Shown piece by piece: positions 1 to 13,050 of a stretch of DNA of 64,000 nt. The translations under genes were made by a program, and so were the position numbers. The stretch is from Eledone cirrhosa (taxonomy: Eukaryota), in contig OZ024750.1 of assembly GCA_964016885.1 (NCBI GenBank), positions 39,184,001 through 39,248,000 of the forward strand. Direction: 5' to 3'. Every line of letters begins with the position of its first letter. The first letter of the stretch is position 1. The notes below the pieces were generated by a model. It worked only from the letters and a program-made list of their open reading frames with translations. It was not told the DNA's origin and made no database searches.

Positions 1-917
1 ATGTAACACATTAGCAAGACATTCTTCAAAATTACAAAACAGCTTTATGACTGTATCACATGAAAAATTAATGACTTTACCTTAATACTACACAAAGTCT
101 ACAACCTAAAATATAAACATTTGAATTTAGATATTTTCTGTTAAATCATAACATGACCATCACCACCACCACCACCACCACCACCATCATTAACAAGTTA
201 ATTAACAACCATGTACATGCAACATTAATTTTAGGATAATTGGTTGCATCACATTAACCATTTAGCATTTAAATCGGCTGTAACCAGTCACTCATGCTTA
301 TGTTAAGGTATTGTTCTCAAAATAAATATCAAAATCTCAGATTCGATACACATAAAATAAAGCCTTTACTGTGAAAATACAATAGTAAATATAGAGTAAT
401 GTAAATACTGAAGCGTTAAAATTGAAGTATTTACTCTAATATTACAAACTTTCACAATGATTCGTCATTAATAAAAATAGTAAAAACATTTGAATTAACG
501 AACCTACTTTTAGCCATTATCTGCTAAATCATTAGCGGATGTTAAGTGTTAATAACTGAACCATTTTGGAAGTAATTTGATACCAATTCCTCACACTTCT
601 ACAATCTTTAGTAAATATATCTCTGACACATTTTTTTCTAGTTGGTTTAGCTTTTCTTCATTAGTTTCACACTTTCTACCACCTTTGAATTATTCTCTGA
701 CATTTTTCAATTATCTAGTAAAGAAATATAGCTTAGTGCGGAGGTTCTCAAACTGTATACCCCCCCCCCCTCCTCCTCACGGCTATGTAACACCCTCAGT
801 ACCCCCAGCCCTATTTCCAGAGAGACCTGCCTACACTTAAATTGTAAATAATATATAATAAATAAAATTGTTAATTTATGTATAATAAATAATATAATAT
901 ATACTATGTATAAATGA

Positions 918-1150
918 GAAGGCGCATGGCTTAGTGGTTAGAACATTGGGCTTGCAATCGAAAGGTTGTGAGTTCAATTCTCGGACCGGGTGATGTGTTG
1001 TTTCCTTGAGCAAGACACTTTATTTCACGTTGCTCCAGTTTACTCAGCTGTAGAAATGAGATGATAGGATTGGGGTCCCCTATCATTAAATTACCCAAGA
1101 CACATCCAACGAGATATACCTTGGAGGAGGCCTGCTAACCCTGCATAGGT
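918..1150 (+). mobile_element. tRNA-derived CORE-type SINE, 5' part
   Basis: A box TGGCTTAGTGG, B box GAGTTCAATTC and CORE-like CCTTGAGCAAGACACTT...CAGTTTACTCAGCTGTAGAAATG. Confidence 0.85.
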
Positions 1151-2135
1151 GTGAGCTGTCACACACACACACACACACACGTATAAATACATATCTGCCA
1201 GCCAAACAACTCATCTCCTACTGGTCTTTGAAGACCTTCACACAGTTCTTCTCTTGATAATGGGTCTCTAAACTCAGAATTTTTGAGATAATTAAGTTTG
1301 CTAAGGTAAAATTCTATTGTTATTTTGGCACCTTTAATCTTCTATGGATTGTAAGGCTTTTAAACTTATTTAAATTTGTATAAATATTATATATTTTTTT
1401 TATTTCACTATATTTATATGTATCATTTGATATTTAATATACTGTTATATGATCTCTACCGCTCCCTTAGGCCCCAGCACACCCCTCGACCTTCTCAACG
1501 CCCGGGGGGGGGGTCAGTAGCGCCCACTTTGTGGACCTCTTGATTTATATCATCATCATCATTTAACATTTGCTCTCCTTGCTATCTGTACAGGTTGTTA
1601 CTGACCCTGCATCTTACTTTCATATGATCTCACACTCTATTGTGTATGTTGTACAGTTTATTCATGGCACCAGCACTAAGGGATTTATCAGGTCTTTGAC
1701 ATAACTGGAAAATCCACTCTACTCTTTGTTGTAGTGAGGTTTCTACTGCTGGATACACTTTTTGTTGTGGTGAACACCCCTTTGGGATTAAAGAAATGGA
1801 GTCGGTAGACTATTCTAAATAAGCAACATGTCTCGTTGTCAGGAGTTCAGTTGGAGTCTCGCTTTAAAGTCCCATGTTTTGCAGTTGGAAGTTACACCTG
1901 GGATAAACTTGTTAGTACCCCCCGCATCGTAGAAAATATAACCAAAAGGTTATAAAACTTTTCATATCACCAACCACTTCAATGGTGATAGGAAAAGCTG
2001 TCTTATGGAACTAATCATATACATATACACTGTCAGAAAAGTACACACAAACTTCCACATAAGTCATACATGTACACATACATATATACACACTATCACA
2101 CATTGATACCTATTTATACATTATTGTCACATATG

Positions 2136-2558
2136 AAGGCACATGGCTTAGTGGTTAGAGCATTGGGCTTGCAATCGAAAGGTTGTGAGTTCAATTCTCG
2201 AACTGGGTGATGTGTTGTTACCTTGAGCAAGATACTTTATTTCACATTGCTCCAGTTTACTCAGCTGTAGAAATGAGATGATAGGACTGGGGTCCCTATC
2301 ATGGAGGTGCCACGGCAAAAAAGCACCCAACCCACACTGTAAAGTGGACGTGTAGGTGCCACGGAAAAAAAGGCACCCAGCACTCACTGTAAATGAGGTT
2401 GGTGTTGGGAAGGGCATCCAGCTGTAGAAATCAAGCCAGAATCAGTTCCCATATGAGCAAGACAAGGTCAGCCGACCGGACACTGCAACAGGACAACCCG
2501 TCTAACCCATGCTAGCGTGGAAGAACTGACGTAAAACGGTGATGATGAAAATGATGAT
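2136..2558 (+). mobile_element. CORE-type SINE, full length, tail type 1
   Basis: Same head. Tail ccgtctaacccatgctagcgtggaa...gacgtaaaacggtgatgatg. Confidence 0.9.
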
Positions 2559-3364
2559 GTCCACACATGAATAAACAGTAAAAGAAAACTTGTATCAGTT
2601 TAGTGTTTTCTTCTGTCTTCACAACACTAGTTGTTTAGCCCCAGGTTAACCCTGATCCAACAGACATGATCAAAAACATTCCAGCTGCAACCACCCTTTT
2701 TCCCCCAGGCATTGTGTATCTAGTGTTACATTATTCAATGTGCTATTTTTTTAACCCATTACCATTTACATTGCTCTATATTTACTATTGTATTTTCATG
2801 GTAAACACATTACCTCACATATTGAATCTATGAGATGTTGATATTATTTATTTTGAGAACAATACCTTAACATCAGTGTGAGTGGCTGGTTTAATAACCC
2901 TTTAGCATTTACGTTACTCTATATTTACTATTGTATTTTCATGGTAAACACTTTATCTCACATAATTATTTCACACAATATCGAATCTATGGGATTTTGA
3001 TACTACTTATTTTGAGAACAGTACCTTAACGTCAGTATGAGCTGCTGGTTATGGCCAGTTTGAACAAAAAGAGATGAGAAAAGGGTTAAATAGAAAGAAG
3101 TGAGAGAATTCTGGCCGCATATGGCCGATTAAGAATGTAGGGTATAGTTTGAAGTTATTTCTAATGGGCTGAGCAATCACTTAACTCTTTGAATGCCAAC
3201 GGCTCTGTTTAGTTCGTGAAAGACAAGTCCAGACAAAATAAAGCAAGTTTAATCGAAATATCTTTATTTTATTTTTGCATTTTTCCAAAAAATTATTAAA
3301 AAGAAAATTGTGTAATCCAAGCTGGTGTGAAGACTCGTGGTTTAATGGTTAGTGTGTTGGAGTC

Positions 3365-4145
3365 ACAATAGTATTTACATTTCTCTATATATACTATTGT
3401 ATTTTCACAGTAATAAAGGCTTTACTTCACATAATATTTACATTACTCTATATATACTATTGTATTTTCACAGTAAAGGCTTTACCTCACATAATATCTC
3501 ACATAACATTTACATTTCTCTATATATACTATTGTATTTTCACAGTAAAGGGTTTACCTCACATAATATCTCACATAATATTTACATTACTCTATATATA
3601 CTATTGTATTTTCACAGTAAAGGCTTTACCTCACATAATATCTCACATAATATTTACATTACTCTATATATACTATTGTATTTTCACAGTAAAGGGTTTA
3701 CCTCACATAATATCTCACATAATATTTACATTATTCTATATATACTATTGTATTTTCACAGTAAAGGCTTTACCTCACATAATATCTCACATAGCATTTA
3801 CATTTCTCTATATTTACTATTGTATGTTCACAGTAAAGGCTTTACCTCGCATAATATCTCACATATCATTTACATTACTCTATATTTACTATTGTATGTT
3901 CACAGTAAAGGCTTTACCTCACATAATATCTCGCATAACATTTACATTACTCTATCTATACTATTGTATGTTCACAGTAAAGGCTTTACCTCACATAATA
4001 TCTCACATAACATTTACATTACTCTATATATACTATTGTATTTTCACAGTAAAAGCTTTACCTCACATAATATCTCACATAACATTTACATTATTCTATA
4101 TTTACTATTGTATTTTCATGATAAAGGCTTTACCTCTCATAATAT
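3365..4145. repeat. 72-bp tandem array of the same MITE-derived unit (about 11 copies)
   Basis: 24-aa periodicity in ORF 3352-4164. Continues into the MITE body, which ends aaagggttag at about 4286. Confidence 0.92.
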
Positions 4146-5080
4146 CGAATCTATGAGATTTTGATATTATTATTTTGAGAACAATACCTTAACATAAGTA
4201 TGAGTAGCTGGTTATGACCAGTTTGAATAGAAGAGAGGTGAGAGAATTCTGGCTGGGTACAGCTGGTTTAAATGCTAAAGGGTTAGCCCTTTAATGTTCA
4301 AACAGGCCAAAACTGGTCAGAATTCTCTACCTCTTTCTGTTGAAACTGGCTGTAACTGGTCACTCAAACTGATGTTAAGGTATTGTTCTCAAAATAAATA
4401 CTTTCAAAATCTCATATATTCGATATTATGTGAGATAAAGCATTTACCATGAAAATATAATAGTATATATAGAGTAATGTGAATGTTAAGGGGTTAAAAC
4501 ACTTGAGCAGCCTAATAGGTCAGCTAAACCACTGTTTTTTTTTTGTTTTTTTTTTCAATCCTGGTCTAAGGCAGTAAACCACCCCAACCGTTAATGGCGC
4601 TTAAAGAGTTAAAGATTCTTTCAGGGTCCCATTAGTGATCACTGGTGATCAGAAATGGTCCACTGTTGCTTTCGTAGGCCCGTCAATATCTCTCGTCTAA
4701 AACTTATTCTTCTAATCCTAATCTATAATAATAATAATAATAATAGCTGAAAGTGCCTTAATCAATCAATGAGACATTGATAGCTATGGTGATTGTGTTT
4801 CATGTCAGAAGCTACAATTAAAAACTTATTTTATGGTTGCCTTCATCATCTGAAAATTATTTCTAAGCTGTTGGCAGTTGTAAGGTAATCGGGGAAATTT
4901 GATTTCATGTGAAATTTTAAGCTGCTTATTTCCTCTAATTTTTCATTACACACACACTTCCACTCCATCTATCTACACCTCCTTCTGCCCACGACAGGAC
5001 AACTTGTCTAACCCATGCTAGCATGGAAGAGCGGACATAAAAAGGTGATGATGATGATTATATATATACACGCACACAAT

Positions 5081-5464
5081 GAAGGCGCATGGCTTAGTGG
5101 TTAGAGCATTGGGCTTGCAATCGAAAGGTTGTGAGTTCAATTCTCAGACCGGGTGATGTGTTGTTTCCTTGAGCAAGACACTTTATTTCACATTGCTCCA
5201 GTTTACTCAGCTGTAGAAATGAGATGATAGGGACTGGGGTCCATATCATTCCACTGCAAAGTGGTCATGGAGGTGCCATGGCAAAAAAGCACCCAGCCCA
5301 CACTGTAAAGTGGACATGTAGGCGCCACGGAAAAAGAAAGCACCCAGCACTCACTGTAAATGAGATTGGTGTAAGGAAGGGCATCCAGCCGTAGAAATCG
5401 AGCTAGAATCGGTTCCCATTCCACCCTTGCAAGCAGGGAAAAGCGGACGTAAAATGATGATGAT
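5081..5464 (+). mobile_element. CORE-type SINE, tail type 2
   Basis: Same head. Tail ccacccttgcaagcagggaaaagcggacgtaaaatgatgatg. Confidence 0.9.
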
Positions 5465-5864
5465 ATAGTAAGGGGTTAACTGAACAAGGATGTGTGGACC
5501 ACATAATGGTCTGTCGGTTGTCAAGTAGATAAACAAAAGCGCTCAATGACCTGTATAAAAGTGCAAAACAGCATTATATATATATCAATAAAAATCCGAT
5601 TTTTTTTTTTTTTTTTTTTTTTTTTTACAGGATGTTAAAAGTCAATTTCCCTATTACCTTTGGGTATCTGAAGGAAGGGGTCTGAATCATGGTTCAGATG
5701 CGATGTGTGTATTTTGGAGTCTGTGGTCCGTCCCTCTTCTCTGTGTAGTTTTGTTGGTGACTGACTTTCCAGAAATATTTGATATAGGTGTTTACTAGAT
5801 GAGATCTTATGTAATTAACTTTTCCATGCCTCAGTGTGAATGTATGTCTGTGAAACATCTACAT

Positions 5865-7020
5865 ATACACGAGGTCCAGACACAAACGAACCAAATTCCC
5901 ACTGTCACTGCCTCCGCCTCTCCTGCTCTCCCCATCTCTCTCATATACACCAGGTCCAAACTCTCACTGCCTCCGCCTCTCCTGCTCTCCCCATCTCTCA
6001 TATACACCAGGTCCAAACACAGAGGAACCAAACTCTCACTGGCTTTCTCTCTCTCTCCTGCTCTCCCCATCTCTCATACACCAGGTCCAAACACAGAGGA
6101 ACCAAGCTCCCACTGTCACTGGCTCTGTCTCTCCTGCTCTCTCCATCTCTCATACACCAGGTCCAAACACAGAGGAACCAAACTCCCACTGTCTCTCTCT
6201 CCTGCTCTCCCCATCTCTCATATACACCAGGTCCAAACACAGAGGAACCAAACTCCCACTGTCTCTCTCTCCTGCTCTCCCCATCTCTCATATACACCAG
6301 GTCCAAACACAGAGGAACCAAACTCTCACTGGCTTTCTCTCTCTCTCCTGCTCTCCCCATCTCTCATACACCAGGTCCAAACACAGAGGAACCAAACTCC
6401 CACTGTCACTGGCCCTCTCTCTCCTGCTCTCCCCATCACTCATATACACCAGGTCCAAACACAGAGGAACCAAACTCCCACTGTCACTGGTTCTCTCTTT
6501 CCTACTCTCCCTATCTCTCATATACACCAGGTCCAAACACAGAGGAACCAAACTCCCACTGTCACTGGCCCTCTCTCTCCTGCTCTCCCTATCTCTCATA
6601 TACACCAGGTCCAAACACAGAGGAACCAAACTCCCACTGTCACTGGTTCTCTCTTTCCTACTCTCCCTATCTCTCATATACACCAGGTCCAAACACAGAG
6701 GAACCAAGCTCCCACTGTCACTGGCTCTCTCTCCTGCTCTCCCTATCTCTCATATACACCAGGTCCAAACACAGAGGAACCAAACTCCCACTGTCACTGG
6801 CTCTCTCTCCTGCTCTCCCCATCTCTCATACACCAGGTCCAAACACAGAGGAACCAAACTCTCACTGGCTCTCTCTCTCTCTCCTGCTCTCCCCATCTCT
6901 CATATACACCAGGTCCAAACACAGAGGAACCAAACTCCCACTGTCACTGGCTCTCTCTTTCCTACTCTCCCTATCTCTCATATACACCAGGTCCAAACAC
7001 AGAGGAACCAAACTCTCACT

Positions 7021-7079
<59 letters not shown>

Positions 7080-7315
7080 GCTCTCCCCATCTCTCATATA
7101 CACCAGGTCCAAACACAGAGGAACCAAACTCCCACTGGCTCTCTCTCTCCTGCTCTCCCTATCTCTCATATACACCAGGTCCAAACACAGAGGAACCAAG
7201 CTCCCACTGTCACTGACTCTCTCTCTCCTGCTCTCCCTATCTCTCATATACACCAGGTCCAAACACAGAGGAACCAAACTCCCACTGTCACTGGCTCTCT
7301 CTCCTGCTCTCCCTA
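5865..7315. repeat. Minisatellite with a unit of about 65-75 bp
   Basis: tacaccaggtccaaacacagaggaaccaaactcccactgtcactggctctctctcctgctctccccatctctcata, about 20 copies. Confidence 0.95.
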
Positions 7316-8427
7316 TTATGAGCAAATGGGGGCCCGGCAGTGTGGCTATGTTGTTTGTGTTATTTCAGGTTATTGTGACGACATAAGGCGTACTATGGCT
7401 GCTATTACTAATTAATTATTCTCTAATGTTTTACTATTTTCTGGTTTATGTTGGATAAAAATCTTTGCCAGTTTTCTGTCTATTTATTTATTTATTTATG
7501 TCCTTTTGCACTGAGTTTTATTTTGGTATGTTAAATAGATGTGTCTATAAATATTTTGTTGGATGTATAATGAATGTATTGCAGTATCTGTATGGGTGAT
7601 GTGATGTTGAAGTCTGACAAAAAACTTGATTCTACTTCTTGATGGATCTTGTTCCATTGCACCGGGAGGGGACGGGGGTTTCAAGTTGGTAAAAGTGGTT
7701 TTGCTTTCTTCATTGGTGTGTTTTGTTGTGATGATAATTGGTAGGTGGTAGGAGGAACGGTTGGGAATTATTTATCAAGTGGGTGTGGGTGGGGCATAGA
7801 AGGTGATGACGCCTGGGGAAGAATTGTAGTTGGCATGGTGAGGGATGTGAATGTTGGTGTGGATTGTTTAGGATGTAAAGGAGGTTTAGCTCTGATATTG
7901 TGTTACTACCATTTGAAAGCAATGTGTCGAGTACATGGAAGTCTCCTGCAATGCCGTCTGTCGGTGTTAAATTCTTCTACTAGGACTTTACTCGATGTTA
8001 AACAGAAACGAAGTAATACACTCTTCAAAATAGAAGTTATGTTTTAAGTCAACTAAGTAACTCTGGTCATATATTTTGGTGCGTTGTGTATGTGATGTTC
8101 CTAGCGTTACTTAATTGTATTGGCCCTCAACCTTCAACAATGAAACTACAACTCACTCTAGTTTATATTTCAAATAAATAAAACATGCATAACAAGTACA
8201 TAAAACCTACAGTCTGGTGTGTCCGAACACTGAAGAGCCGAACTCCCACTGTCATGACTCTCCCCATCTCTCTCTATTATGAGCAAATGGGGTCCCACGG
8301 CCCCAGCGGACAGAATGGAGAAGGCGTTTTCTCGGAGGTTGGAACATGTCACTTTTTTTTAAAAAACATTGATAGCAATATAAAGAAAAACGATTCGAGC
8401 TTCTAATAAAAAATATGATTATTATGT

Positions 8428-8645
8428 GGTGGATTTGGCAGTATCGTAGAGCGCCGGACTATATGCTTTGCGACATAGAGTTACGGCTCTTTACGTTCTG
8501 AATTCAAATCCCGCCGAGGTTAACTCTGCCTTTCATCCTTACGGGGTCGATAAAATAAAGTACCAGTAATGTACTGGTGTCGATTTAATCAACTTTCCTC
8601 TCCCCTAAAATTGCTGGCCTTGTACCTAAATCAAAAACCATTCTA
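8428..8645 (+). mobile_element. Second SINE family (other copies at about 20030-20200+, 21107-21290+, 22010-22215-, 22727-22910+, 28383-28560-, 28590-28785-, 33100-33260+, 39946-40059-, 44420-44610- and 46352-46411-)
   Basis: Shared ttctgagttcaaatcccgccgaggttaactttgcctttcatcc..ggggtcgataaaataaagtaccagt...gctggccttgtgcc. Two copies have clear target-site duplications. Confidence 0.85.
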
Positions 8646-9363
8646 TTAATGTGTTTCGTGTCGCTAGATTTATTTATTTATTTTTGAAAGCCTCCATTTC
8701 TAGTATAGTGTCGTAATCTATTGGATTTAGGGGTTTCTTAAACTGTCATAAGTTGACTCCTGTTTGTTGTGAAAGGATCTAGTTTAATTTGTAATAGTGG
8801 GTTATATATAAGAATGTTTCATGAATTATTCCTTCACGAATGAGCGATACATTGTACCACACAAATGTGTGTGTATGATGTTTAACATAGTTTGTTTTTG
8901 TGTTTATTTTTAAATGTATTCTGTGCGGTCCTGTAGCGTTGGCAAGGGAGATAACTGTACTTCCTGTTTTTATGTTTGTTGTTAATTTTCCTGTAAATTC
9001 GTGTATTTCTCTGGATTGTATGTAAATGTTGTTAGTTGTGTGTGAATTCGTCTTTGTATGGACAGTTATCTAGATTCGTTTCCACACACTCACGAATTCA
9101 TACGGAGATATAGCTTTAGCTCTAATCAATTTACACATTTACTATCAATTCATACCATTTGCAACAAATATCTTATATTTTTATAATTTAATTTATCTTT
9201 CTTTAAAACTTATTTACAATAACGACAGAAACAATATAAATAAATCATTCACAATTTGGCGATAAATCAGATACTTCAATTTCGTTTTTATTCGATTTTG
9301 TTTTATTGGCATATATATATATATATATATATATATGTAGATAAATCTACCAAGAGTTTACAG

Positions 9364-9512
9364 ATTATTTCTGAAGACGGCGTATATATGTGTTAGGTAT
9401 GTATATTTAATTTTGATAATTTGTATAATTTTGTATAATTTTGTACATAGATCTGTTGAATATGCATACCAATTATAACACATATATACCCTAGAAACGA
9501 TCGTTAAATAAT
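9364..9512 (+). ncRNA. Type I hammerhead ribozyme with an approximately 115-nt stem II
   Basis: ATTATTT CTGAAGA [long hairpin] GAAA CGATCG T T AAATAAT: perfect 7-bp stem I and palindromic stem III ACGATCGT. The island is flanked by (TA)n. Confidence 0.75.
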
Positions 9513-9560
9513 GAACTTTTTTTGTTTAATATAAGGAATTGTTTATTCATTATTTGCTTA

Positions 9561-9592
<32 letters not shown>

Positions 9593-9985
9593 CGACCCTC
9601 ATCTGTACCAATGCCACATTTTGTAATCGTTATGTAAGACACCTCTATAGGCGTTTTAGAGCCTTCTTTGTACAGAAATGTGACCACTGTCGTTCTTTTG
9701 AGGTGTCTGACAGGACGGGCGCCAGGGAATTTAGCTCCCTGGTTTAGCCATACACCTTACTGTTTGGCTAGCTTTTGACTTTTCTTGTTATGATCACAAA
9801 GAAAATACAGTACACAATCCACACTCACGCCAAATCATGTGGTAGGTCATAACACAATACGACCCTCTCCACCGCTTTGGATATTTCTATAAAGCTGTGT
9901 AGTGATTTATTGATTGATTGTATTGAAGGTTTAAATTATACACAATTTATATAAAACTGATCCTCTGAGGTCCTGTGCCCTAGGT

Positions 9986-10313
9986 CAGCGGTCGCCAACC
10001 GGTGGTCCGCAGAAAAATGTGGACATTATTTGCAATATTGATGTTTTATCAATAATAAAACAAAAATAATATTCGGGTAAAATATATTTTATAACACCCC
10101 TAAAAATGTTTCTCCTCAGTAAAGAACTAACTGCCATGAAAGAATTTTACACATGTATCATCTATCGACAATATGACATTTAATAAAATGGAAGTTTTCT
10201 GATCATTATTTTTCAAACGTATTTATCTTTTTAAAAAAAATTCATATTAGTGGTCCGTGGGATTTAAGATTATGAATTTAGTGGGCCATGAGGTCGGAAA
10301 GGTTGGCAACAGC
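9986..10313. mobile_element. hAT/Charlie-like MITE
   Basis: cagcggtcgccaacc ... ggttggcaacagc, with internal gtggtcc subterminal motifs. Confidence 0.5.
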
Positions 10314-10641
10314 CTTAATGTCACACTAACCAAGTTACTGACCCATTTAGGTATCTAGAGTTGAAACCTTACTTTTGGTGCTACTTAGAAACCCAACCAC
10401 TTTACAGTTGAGTGAAGGGCTTGTTTATTTCGTTATGAAATACTTGTCTCGGTTCAGTGAAACTGTCCACTTAACCTTCATAATGACAAATAACGACTGG
10501 AGCAGATTTTGATGACATTTCTGTTCCATTAAAGTTGTTTATTGGAATGAGTTGTGACGGACAGTCGCTGTTGTGTATCTCAGCTTTTGTTAACCTTTGT
10601 CATTGTTTGTGTGAGAGTTCGTGTATGTATGTAAATAGAGA

Positions 10642-10766
10642 CAGGTAAATTACGTTATAACGAAATTCACGGGGTATAAAAAAATATATATGTTGTAACG
10701 AAAAATTCTCTATAATGAGACCGACCTAACACATCGAGCGTATTCGTTATAACGGAATTTTACCTG
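10642..10766. mobile_element. Tc1/pogo (Tigger)-like MITE
   Basis: Terminal inverted repeats CAGGTAAATTACGTTATAACGAA and TTCGTTATAACGGAATTTTACCTG, followed by TA. Confidence 0.65.
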
Positions 10767-10849
10767 TATATAAATATATAAATACGGCTTGCTGAACACA
10801 CAAATTGCTTGGCGCCACGGTCGGGATTTTTCATCTCTCTCTCTCTCTG

Positions 10850-11942
10850 TTGGTGTAAAAGGTAAACAAATATAGCAAAACAAACGGCACAGTACATGGA
10901 AGAAATATATTAGTTTAACGCTTGAAATATCAGGAAGAGGGTCTTAACGTTTCGGACGCTGGTCCTTCATCAGGAGAAATTAAAGAAGAAATATAAAGAA
11001 AACTGTTGATGCTGGCATTTTGTGTAGGATATACTTATTTTTTTTAGAAAAGTGGATGATGGAGCGCGTGTATCTGAAAGGAAAAAAAACTCGTTTTGTA
11101 CATAGTTGTACATGTGTGTGTGTGTGTGTTATTATACGTCCGCACGAAGCTAAGAGAATGTGTGTGTATGTATGTGTGTGTGTGCTTGTAAGTACGAAGC
11201 TGTGAGCAAAGTATGTTAATATAAGGGAGTGTGTATATAGACAGCTGTGAATGTAAATGTAGAGGTGTGTGTTTTTGTTGGTCTGTATAAGCTGTAAGAG
11301 TATATATTTCTGACAATAACAGCCATAGGAACCTAGGGGTGAAAGTACCCGCGCGTGTGACAACGGACGGGGGTAAACGTGACAGTGGCAAAGGGTAGAG
11401 CAGTAAACACGGACTTATGTGTGTGAGATTAAAGACATTGCGGAGGGGAATGGAGGGAACTGGATCCCAGTCGGAAAATCAGGCTCTGCTCAGTGGTGGT
11501 GCCCAAGGCCTGTGATTCGTGATGTAAACGGACACCAAGGACTGAGACATGTAGGGAAGAGTGACTCGGGGAACGGAAATGACGGGCGACGGAAGTGTCC
11601 ATAGCGAGTCGGACCGACAAACGGCGTCCAGTTTGTCCGGTGTGTAAGGACCCGCAAAGGGAACGCCGAAGGGCATAAACTGCGTGGATAGGAGTGGCGG
11701 ATACGGAATGAACCGATGGTCCATGTGATTGGTGAGGTTAGAAATGAAAGGATAGGTGTTACAGCGGGGACGAGAACAAGGATGAGAGCCGGGTGGTGTC
11801 CTAGGAGAGGAAGAGAAGGAACTAGGCACCAGGAGGTCGCGGAGATTACGAGCGCACTTAAAAGTGGTGATAGGTGGGTTTGGAAAAAAAGCGAGAATTG
11901 ACGGGGTCCGAAGAGAGAGTGAGGAAGTAAAGGAGAACATGT

Positions 11943-11946
<4 letters not shown>
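10850..11946 (-). mobile_element. Penelope-like element, 3' part: degenerate GIY-YIG endonuclease plus pLTR with a hammerhead core
   Basis: Frameshifted HPCSRPRCNT...VYALRRSLCGSLHTGQTGRRLSVRL...VARHF...EQSLIFRLG. Starts next to (TA)n. Confidence 0.85.
10941..10980 (-). ncRNA. Minimal hammerhead ribozyme core in the PLE pLTR
   Basis: Minus strand CTGATGA A GGAC cagc GTCC GAAA CGTTA. Stem I pairing is weak. Confidence 0.7.
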
Positions 11947-12021
<75 letters not shown>

Positions 12022-12174
12022 TATGTGTGTGTGTGTGTGTGTAGAAGAGATATTTAATTTGTTGGAATCCAACAAATATAGATGTTTATAACTGATTCTG
12101 AGCACTCGACAGTTTTCTGAAGTAAGTATTCAATGATATTAAATAAATGGAAACTATATTTATAAAACCATATT

Positions 12175-12236
12175 TATTCTATTATATCTATTTCAAGGGT
12201 ACCAAAAATTGTGGTACGCTTTCATCAGATAAAATA
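12175..12236 (-). ncRNA. Hammerhead ribozyme, family A
   Basis: TATTTTAT CTGATGA AAGcGTACCA..TGGTACcCTT GAAA TAGATA TA ATAGAATA. Confidence 0.8.
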
Positions 12237-12390
12237 CAAAATGTTTTATAAATATTTGACATAACCAAGGATGATATACCTTAGCGGTATATCATCCTTG
12301 GTCATGTGTGTGTTATCGACTTTCCAGGGATAACTTGAACCGTTAAGGTATATTATCCTTGGTCATGTCAAATATTTATAAAACATTTTG

Positions 12391-12451
12391 TATTTTATCT
12401 GATGATAGCGTACCAAAGTTTTGGTACCCTTGAAATATATATAATAGAATA
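12391..12451 (+). ncRNA. Hammerhead ribozyme, family A (inverted partner of the 12175 copy)
   Basis: TATTTTAT CTGATGA tAGcGTACCA..TGGTACcCTT GAAA TATATA TA ATAGAATA. Confidence 0.78.
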
Positions 12452-12490
12452 AATATGGTTTTATAAATATAGTTTCCATTTATTTAATAT

Positions 12491-12576
<86 letters not shown>

Positions 12577-12999
12577 ATATATTAAATAAATGGAAACTAT
12601 ATTTATAAAACCATATTTATTCTATTATATATATTTCAAGGGTACCACAAATTAATTGCCTTATGTTGTTTATTACATAATAATAATATATATATATATA
12701 TAATGAGTTGACGGACCCAGCATATTTATCAATGCCAGGGTCGGTTGTATCTCAGCGTACTCCATGGCCAATGTAAGATACCAGAGTATACACATAGTTA
12801 TTCACTTCAATACAACACACGTAAAACGAGGGCCTATATATATATATATATATATATTAAAGAGTTAAACAAGATTCAATGAGTACATCAAAGAATGAGT
12901 TTTACAGTAGATTGGAAGCACTCTACAGTAAAATATTTTCCAGAGTTATTAATATTCAAATACAAATATTAATAAAATAGATGTTATTTTGATCAATTA

Positions 13000-13050
13000 A
13001 ATTTTATACATATTTCAGAGGTACAACAGTACGTCCTCATCAGACAAAAT
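13000..13050 (-). ncRNA. Hammerhead ribozyme core within inverted repeat 12958-13180
   Basis: CTGATGA GGAcGTAC tgtt GTACcTCT GAAA TATGTA TA. Stem I is imperfect. Confidence 0.62.

Larger units (their letters stand above)
12043..12490 (-). mobile_element. Family A pLTR-like fold-back element between TA/CA microsatellites
   Basis: Inverted arms about 12137-12285 and 12345-12490. The unique tail 12043-12135 is the reverse-complement homolog of 19598-19695 and about 27770-27855. Confidence 0.75.

Noticed and set aside
918-995. tRNA gene (also at 2136, 5081, 20805, 28840 and 40691)
   Set aside because: These are SINE heads. They have A and B boxes but no acceptor stem, and most continue into SINE body sequence.
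5799-7415. 538-aa and 458-aa ORFs
   Set aside because: Minisatellite read-through in several frames with no domain or splice support.
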